Below, piece after piece: positions 59,210 through 64,000 of a DNA stretch of 64,000 nucleotides (position 1 is its first letter; each line of letters begins with the position of its first letter). The DNA is taken from the NCBI GenBank assembly GCA_016699975.1, contig CP064994.1:554167-618166 (forward strand), in the 5' to 3' direction. Source of the DNA: Candidatus Moraniibacteriota bacterium. GTDB lineage: Bacteria > Patescibacteriota > Minisyncoccia > Moranbacterales > UBA1568. The notes below the pieces were generated by a model, which was given only the letters and a program-made list of their open reading frames with translations, did no database searches and was not told where the DNA came from. Both the position numbers and the translations under genes were made by a program.

Positions 59210-60543
59210 ATGGACAAACAGGAACGAACTCTCATTCATGAGACGCCACAACGAGCGGGGGAGCGCGTTCGACTTCTGGGATGGGTCAATATGCGTCGGG
59301 ATCATGGCAAGATTCTCTTTCTCGATCTTCGTGATCGGACGGGAGTGGTGCAGGTTGTCGTAATTCCGGATCACGAGGAGGCATACGAAGCGGCGCGCGC
59401 GGCAAAGAATGAATGCGTTATCGAGGTTTTCGGTACCGTCAAAGTCCGACCCGGAGGCGCCGCACGCATCGGAATCTTGGGTGGCATTGAAATAGAAGCC
59501 GATTCGATCTCGATCATTTCTTCCCCGAGAATCCGCTTCCGTTTGAAGTAAATGAAGGGAGCTTGGAGGAGCTCCACTTGGAAACACTTCTCAACAATCG
59601 CATATTTTCCCTTCGGAATCGAAATATTCAAGCAATTTTTCGTCTCTACGGAATTCTCCTCGAGTCCTATGCCGAGGCGCTCCGAACGCGCGGCTTTCTC
59701 GAGATCAAAACGCCGAAAATCGTGAGTGCGGCGACGGAGGGAGGTGCGAACTTCTTTAAGATAAAATATTTCGATCGCGACGCTTACCTTGCGCAAAGCC
59801 CGCAATTTTATAAGCAGGCGGGCGCTACCGTTTTTGAACGTGTCTTTGAAATCGGTCCGGTCTTTCGGGCGGAACCGCACTTTACGACACGACACGTAAA
59901 CGAATACATCAGTCTCGATGCCGAAATGGCTTTTATCGAGAACGTGGGTGATGTTATGGACGAACTCGAAGGCATTGTTGCGGACGTTTTCTCAATGCTT
60001 GCGGAAAAGGGGAAGAGCGAACTGGCGCTCTGGGATGTTTCGCTTCCAGCGGCGGTTCCTATTCCGCGCATAAAACTGACTGAAGCTTTGCATATTCTGG
60101 AAAAAGAGTATGGAAAAAAGATGGAAGGCGGTGAGATCGATATTGATCCGGAAGGAGAGCGACTGATTGGAGAATATGTGAAGAAGGTGTTTGACTCAGA
60201 TTTTGTTTTTTTGACCCATTATCCGACTGCTATTCGTCCGTTTTATACGATGCCGGGACCTGATCCGCATTTTACGGAGAGCTTTGACCTCCTCTTTCGT
60301 GGTCTCGAAATGGTGACCGGCGGGCAACGCATTCACGAGTATCGTCGACTTGTCGATTCCATCAAATCACGCGGACTCGTGCCCGATGATTTTTCGAGTT
60401 ACCTCGACGTCTTTCGTTACGGTGCGCCGCCTCATGGTGGATGGGGCGGGGGATCGGAACGCACGATTCAACAACTCCTGGGTCTCCCGACCGTGAAGCA
60501 GGCTGTTCTCTTTCCGCGCGACGTGAAACGCCTCGCGCCGTGA
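59210..60543 (+). CDS. aspS: Aspartyl-tRNA synthetase, archaeal/eukaryal type (class IIb), frame broken at C4 59523-59526
   Basis: N-terminal OB domain ...VRLLGWVNMRRDHGKILFLDLRDRTGVVQVV.... After the break: PENPLPFEVNE..ETLLNNRIFSLRNRNIQAIFRL, motif 2 GPVFRAEPHFTTRHVNEYISLDAEMAF, motif 3 GAPPHGGWGGGSERTIQ. Adding one C restores about 445 aa. Confidence 0.8.
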
Positions 60544-60639
60544 AGGAATGTTTTGACAAAGCATTCTTCTTTTTGGTATGGTTTGGGAGTTCCGATCACT
60601 CATTTCCTTAAAAATACGGAAAATCAAGAGAGGTGTTCC

Positions 60640-61442
60640 ATGACTTCGTTGACATTGGGTACTCAGATTGCTGAAGGAAAGACAAAGCGTGTTCTTTCAA
60701 CTCCAGAGGAAGGACTTGTGCTGTTTTTGCTTTCTTGAAAAATTGCGGAGTTCCGGTTGCGTTTATCGAACAAATTTCGGACCGAAGCTTCTCTGCTCCT
60801 TATTGCGACATGATTCTCCTCGAGGTTGTGGCGCGACGATATGCTGTGGGAAGTTTCCTGGATCGCTTTCCTCACCTAAAACCAAAGAAAGGCGAACCTC
60901 CTTTTCGTTTTGATCGGCCTCTTATAGAGTTCTTTTTGAAAACTACTCAAGGGGTGATACTGAATCGCGAGCGAAAGCGTATCGGAGTGCTTCCAGATGA
61001 TACTCGGGAAGTTACAAGACGAAAGCCAGTCGATGATCCGCTTATTTTTGACCCTCAGGATCTAAATTGGAAACTGTATCATCCAAAGATTCCGACTGGC
61101 GAGAGAGATTCAGATCTGAACTTCTCCGTACGGAGAAGTGATATTTTGCCGGAACACATTACGGCACAGACGATATTTGAGACAACGACAAAAGTCTTTA
61201 TGCTCCTCGAGGAGGCATGGAAGAGGCTTGGATGTCGTCTTGTTGATTTCAAAATTGAATATGGAATCGACACTGAGGGGAATCTTTTAATTGCTGATGT
61301 CATTGATAATGATGCGTGGCGCCTGAGAACACAGAATTGGGAAGAGCTGTCGAAGCAGCGCTTTCGAGACGGTGAAAACATGGAAACAATCGGGGAGCTC
61401 TATCAATATGTAGCGGAGCTTTCGAGAAGACTAAAGCTGTAG
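60640..61442 (+). CDS. purC: SAICAR synthetase-like (PurC family), frame broken at T5 60724-60728; appears to lack about 28 residues of the N-domain relative to E. coli PurC
   Basis: MTSLTLGTQIAEGKTKRVLSTPEEGLVL (GKTK motif), then after the shift ...EVVARRYAVGSF..., ...LVDFKIEYGID..., ...RLRTQNWEELSKQRFRDG... (PurC C-domain motifs). Compared by eye with E. coli PurC, the DTSAGDG...KG..N segment between LVL and the next helix is missing. Confidence 0.6.
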
Positions 61443-61454
61443 TCTTGTCTGCTG

Positions 61455-61485
61455 CCCGCCGGAAGAATATTTCGGCGGGTTTTTC
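61455..61485 (+). terminator. Intrinsic terminator CCCGCCGG-loop-CCGGCGGG then T5
   Basis: tgcccgccggaagaatatttcggcgggttttt, immediately after the purC-like stop. Confidence 0.5.
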
Positions 61486-61554
61486 TTGCTCAGAGAACGC
61501 TTCCTTGATAAGGTGAGGAAGAGGACCGAACGGTTTCGAACTTTTGTCGTGGCT

Positions 61555-62655
61555 ATGGAGGGAAGAAATATACAGGATCGGTATCGACGCTATCGGAAAC
61601 GATTTTCCGATGGTATTTTCGGTCGATTTTCTCAGGATATTGGTATCGATCTCGGAACAGCGAACACTCTGGTTTATGTCCATGGCAAAGGAATTGTCAT
61701 AAACGAGCCGTCGGTTGTTGCGGTGAATCAGAAAACGGGACAAATTCTTGCAATCGGTCGCCATGCCAAACGAATGGTTGGCAAAACGCCGGGGCATATC
61801 GTCGCGACGCGACCTCTGGTTGACGGCGTCGTGAGCGATTTCGATATTACCCAGCAAATGCTCCGCTTTTTTATCAACAAAGTGCATGATTCCGGCTTTT
61901 CGTTCTTACGGAGACCCCGTGTTTTGGTCGGGGTTCCGTCTGGAGTGACCGAAGTGGAACGTCGCGCCGTGATCGAAGCGACCATGAATGCGGGTGCGCG
62001 CGAAGCGTTTTTGATAGACGAGCCGATGGCGGCGGCGATCGGTGCGCGTCTTCCTGTTATTGAAGCCTCGGGAAATATGATTGTTGATATTGGCGGTGGC
62101 ACAACGGAAATAGCAGTAATTTCTTTGGGCGGCGTCGTCGTGTCGCGAAGTCTGCGTATCGCCGGAGATGAAATGAATGAAGACATCGTGCGGTATGCGA
62201 GAGACGCGTTTAATCTTCTCATTGGAGAAAAGACGGCGGAAGAAGTGAAAATCGCGATCGGGAGCGCGTATCCGCTTCGTGAACCGATGACATACCCGAT
62301 TCGCGGGCGCGATTTGGTGAGCGGGCTTCCCAAAGAAATTATCGCAAACGATGAGCAGATTCGAGAAGCACTGTCGCATTCGGTGCGGATTGTTGTGAAT
62401 AACATCAAAACGATTATCGAGGAGACTCCGCCCGAACTCCTCTCCGACATCTTTCAGCGCGGGATTATTTTGGCGGGCGGTGGCAGTCTTATTCGCGGTC
62501 TTGATCGATTGCTCGCGAATCAAACTGGTATTCCGGTTCGCATGATGGAGGATCCGCTCACGGCTGTTGTTCGAGGAACGGGAATTGTTCTCGAAGATAT
62601 GGAGCATCTCCACGAAGTCCTCGTCGAAGACCAGCGGGGCGGAGCGCTCAAATAG
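61555..62655 (+). CDS. mreB: Rod shape-determining protein MreB (actin homolog)
   Basis: DIGIDLGTANTLVYV, GVPSGVTEVERRAV, IDEPMAAAIGA, DIGGGTTEIAVIS, LAGGGSLIRGLD. Start placed at MEGRNIQ (61555); the upstream Met at 61486 is unlikely. Confidence 0.9.
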   Translation: MEGRNIQDRYRRYRKRFSDGIFGRFSQDIGIDLGTANTLVYVHGKGIVINEPSVVAVNQKTGQILAIGRHAKRMVGKTPGHIVATRPLVDGVVSDFDITQQMLRFFINKVHDSGFSFLRRPRVLVGVPSGVTEVERRAVIEATMNAGAREAFLIDEPMAAAIGARLPVIEASGNMIVDIGGGTTEIAVISLGGVVVSRSLRIAGDEMNEDIVRYARDAFNLLIGEKTAEEVKIAIGSAYPLREPMTYPIRGRDLVSGLPKEIIANDEQIREALSHSVRIVVNNIKTIIEETPPELLSDIFQRGIILAGGGSLIRGLDRLLANQTGIPVRMMEDPLTAVVRGTGIVLEDMEHLHEVLVEDQRGGALK

Positions 62656-62664
62656 AAAACACGT

Positions 62665-63480
62665 ATGAAACGGCGGTCATTTTTCAGTTCTCGTGCGGGA
62701 AAGTCGCTTCTTTTTGGCATCGTGGGGGTGACAGTGATTTTTTTCATTCCTTCGATAGTCGTTTCTCCGTTTCGAACTTTTTTTGGGACGGCTGCGCTTC
62801 CATTTCACAACGTTTTGTCTTTTGCTGCTTATCATACTCGTTCGATTGGCTCATTTTTCACATCGGTTGGGAACCTCAAGCAAAATTACGAAAGGGTTTC
62901 CGCTGAAAATCTAGTACTTCGCGGAAAGAATGCGGCCTTGTCCGAAGTAGAGCGAGAGAATGAATTTCTGAGACGGGAACTCGGAGTGCTGCCGCGAGAG
63001 CGATTTCGACTTGCCGCTTCCGAGGTAATCGCGATCGATTCGACATCGTCCGGAACAATGATCGTGAATATCGGAGAAGAGCAAGGGGTGAGAAAAGGCA
63101 TGGCGGTTGTTTCTGGTCCGGGGGTTTTGGTCGGGCGCATTGTCGAAACAACCACACTCTCTTCAAGCGTGCTTCCGCTCTCCAATCCGAAAAGTGTCGT
63201 GAATGCTGTGGAGACAGCAACCGAGGCGAAGGGGGTCGTCCGCGGAGAATATGGAACAGGTCTCTTGTTTGACATGGTGCTTGAATCCGATACCGTGCGG
63301 GAAGGGGACGATGTTGTGAGTTCGGGACTTGGCGGTGACATACCGCGCGGACTTTTCATAGGGAACGTCACGCGTATTGAGCCGTCGAGCGACCGCCTGT
63401 TTCAGAAAGCGACGCTCGCTTCGCCGCTTCGGTATGATCGCCTTCGCTTTGTTTTCGTGGTGCTCGACGAGCGTCGATAA
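62665..63480 (+). CDS. mreC: Rod shape-determining protein MreC
   Basis: N-terminal TM, coiled-coil (ENLVLRGKNAALSEVERENEFLRRELG), C-terminal ...GDDVVSSGLGGDIPRGLFIGNV... matching the MreC GD.VvTSG.gG.fP.G motif. Confidence 0.8.
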   Translation: MKRRSFFSSRAGKSLLFGIVGVTVIFFIPSIVVSPFRTFFGTAALPFHNVLSFAAYHTRSIGSFFTSVGNLKQNYERVSAENLVLRGKNAALSEVERENEFLRRELGVLPRERFRLAASEVIAIDSTSSGTMIVNIGEEQGVRKGMAVVSGPGVLVGRIVETTTLSSSVLPLSNPKSVVNAVETATEAKGVVRGEYGTGLLFDMVLESDTVREGDDVVSSGLGGDIPRGLFIGNVTRIEPSSDRLFQKATLASPLRYDRLRFVFVVLDERR

Positions 63481-63490
63481 ATTTTTTTGC

Positions 63491-64000
63491 ATGAAACCGA
63501 CTCTCTTTCGATTTCTTTTCTTTTTTTTCCTCCTAGTGGCGGAAGTCTCGTTCGTTTCTCCGCTCGTCGCTCCGTTTTCCATCCCCCTCCTTCTTTCTTC
63601 GCTCGTTTCACTTTCGCTCGTTCGAGGATTTTCCTTTGCACTTCCATGGGCTCTGGTGACGGGGATACTTTTTGATCTCACCTTCTCTTCACAGTTGGGC
63701 GTTTCATCTCTCGAGTATATGGGAGCCGTCCTTCTTTTCGGATTCGCTTCGAAGCGTATTGCTTTGGGACAGGGAAGGTGGAAGCTCATTTTTTTTAGCA
63801 TAGCCGTGTGGATACTTTCGATTGTCTTTCGAATGTTCGAAGCGCTTCTTCCCTTTCGCTCGTTTCAGGAGAGTATCTTCTTTTTCGAATCGCTCTCCGC
63901 AGGCGCGTGGGGTTTGTTTGCGGGAAGTGGGATCGTGTCTCTTCTCGTGTTTGTTCTCGTGTTTCTTCTTGTGAGGAGTTTCGAGCGATATCTTTCTCTC
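63491..64000 (+). CDS. mreD: Rod shape-determining protein MreD (5' partial, runs off window end)
   Basis: ATG 63491, 11 nt after the mreC stop. Highly hydrophobic multi-TM product (MKPTLFRFLFFFFLLVAEVSFVSPLVAPFSIPLLL...). Position after mreBC supports MreD. Confidence 0.5.
   Translation, partial: MKPTLFRFLFFFFLLVAEVSFVSPLVAPFSIPLLLSSLVSLSLVRGFSFALPWALVTGILFDLTFSSQLGVSSLEYMGAVLLFGFASKRIALGQGRWKLIFFSIAVWILSIVFRMFEALLPFRSFQESIFFFESLSAGAWGLFAGSGIVSLLVFVLVFLLVRSFERYLSL

Noticed and set aside
59210-60543. Possibility that aspS, the GT4, the GT-C paralog and others are genuine pseudogenes
   Set aside because: All breaks are one-directional single-base homopolymer deletions and hit an essential gene. 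A sequencing artefact is more parsimonious. Products are reported as single CDS with a caveat.
61728-62613. 240-aa and 235-aa minus-strand ORFs
   Set aside because: Antisense to mreB.
1-64000. CRISPR arrays or rRNA genes
   Set aside because: No regularly spaced direct repeats and no rRNA-like conserved segments were seen anywhere in the window.

Overview
This 64 kb window looks like part of a small-genome bacterium, probably an uncultivated CPR/Patescibacteria-like lineage, though that assignment is tentative. It is dominated by one very large cell-envelope glycosylation locus. That locus holds at least 5 GT4 and 5 GT2 glycosyltransferases, 4 ArnT/PMT-like (GT-C fold) polytopic membrane proteins (3 of them tandem paralogs), and 2 Wzx-type flippases. 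It also holds a Wzy/O-antigen-ligase-like protein, UDP-glucose and UDP-ManNAc-type dehydrogenases, a polysaccharide pyruvyl transferase, a GH28 beta-helix hydrolase and a UPF0104 flippase-like membrane protein. Interspersed are housekeeping genes: tmk, rtcB, archaeal-type aspS, a purC-like gene, mreBCD and tRNA-Arg(CCG). Accessory elements are a Doc/Fic-family toxin, a near-complete IS30-family insertion sequence with terminal inverted repeats, a sensor histidine kinase, two bacterial SET-domain proteins and an M23 peptidase with a long Cys/Trp-rich extension. The M23 peptidase sits in a partially duplicated two-gene module. At least 12 coding-frame breaks in 11 genes (including essential aspS) are all apparent 1-nt deletions in short homopolymer runs. 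That pattern is most simply explained as systematic sequencing or assembly error rather than pseudogenisation, so the affected genes are reported as single CDS. No CRISPR array or rRNA was seen.
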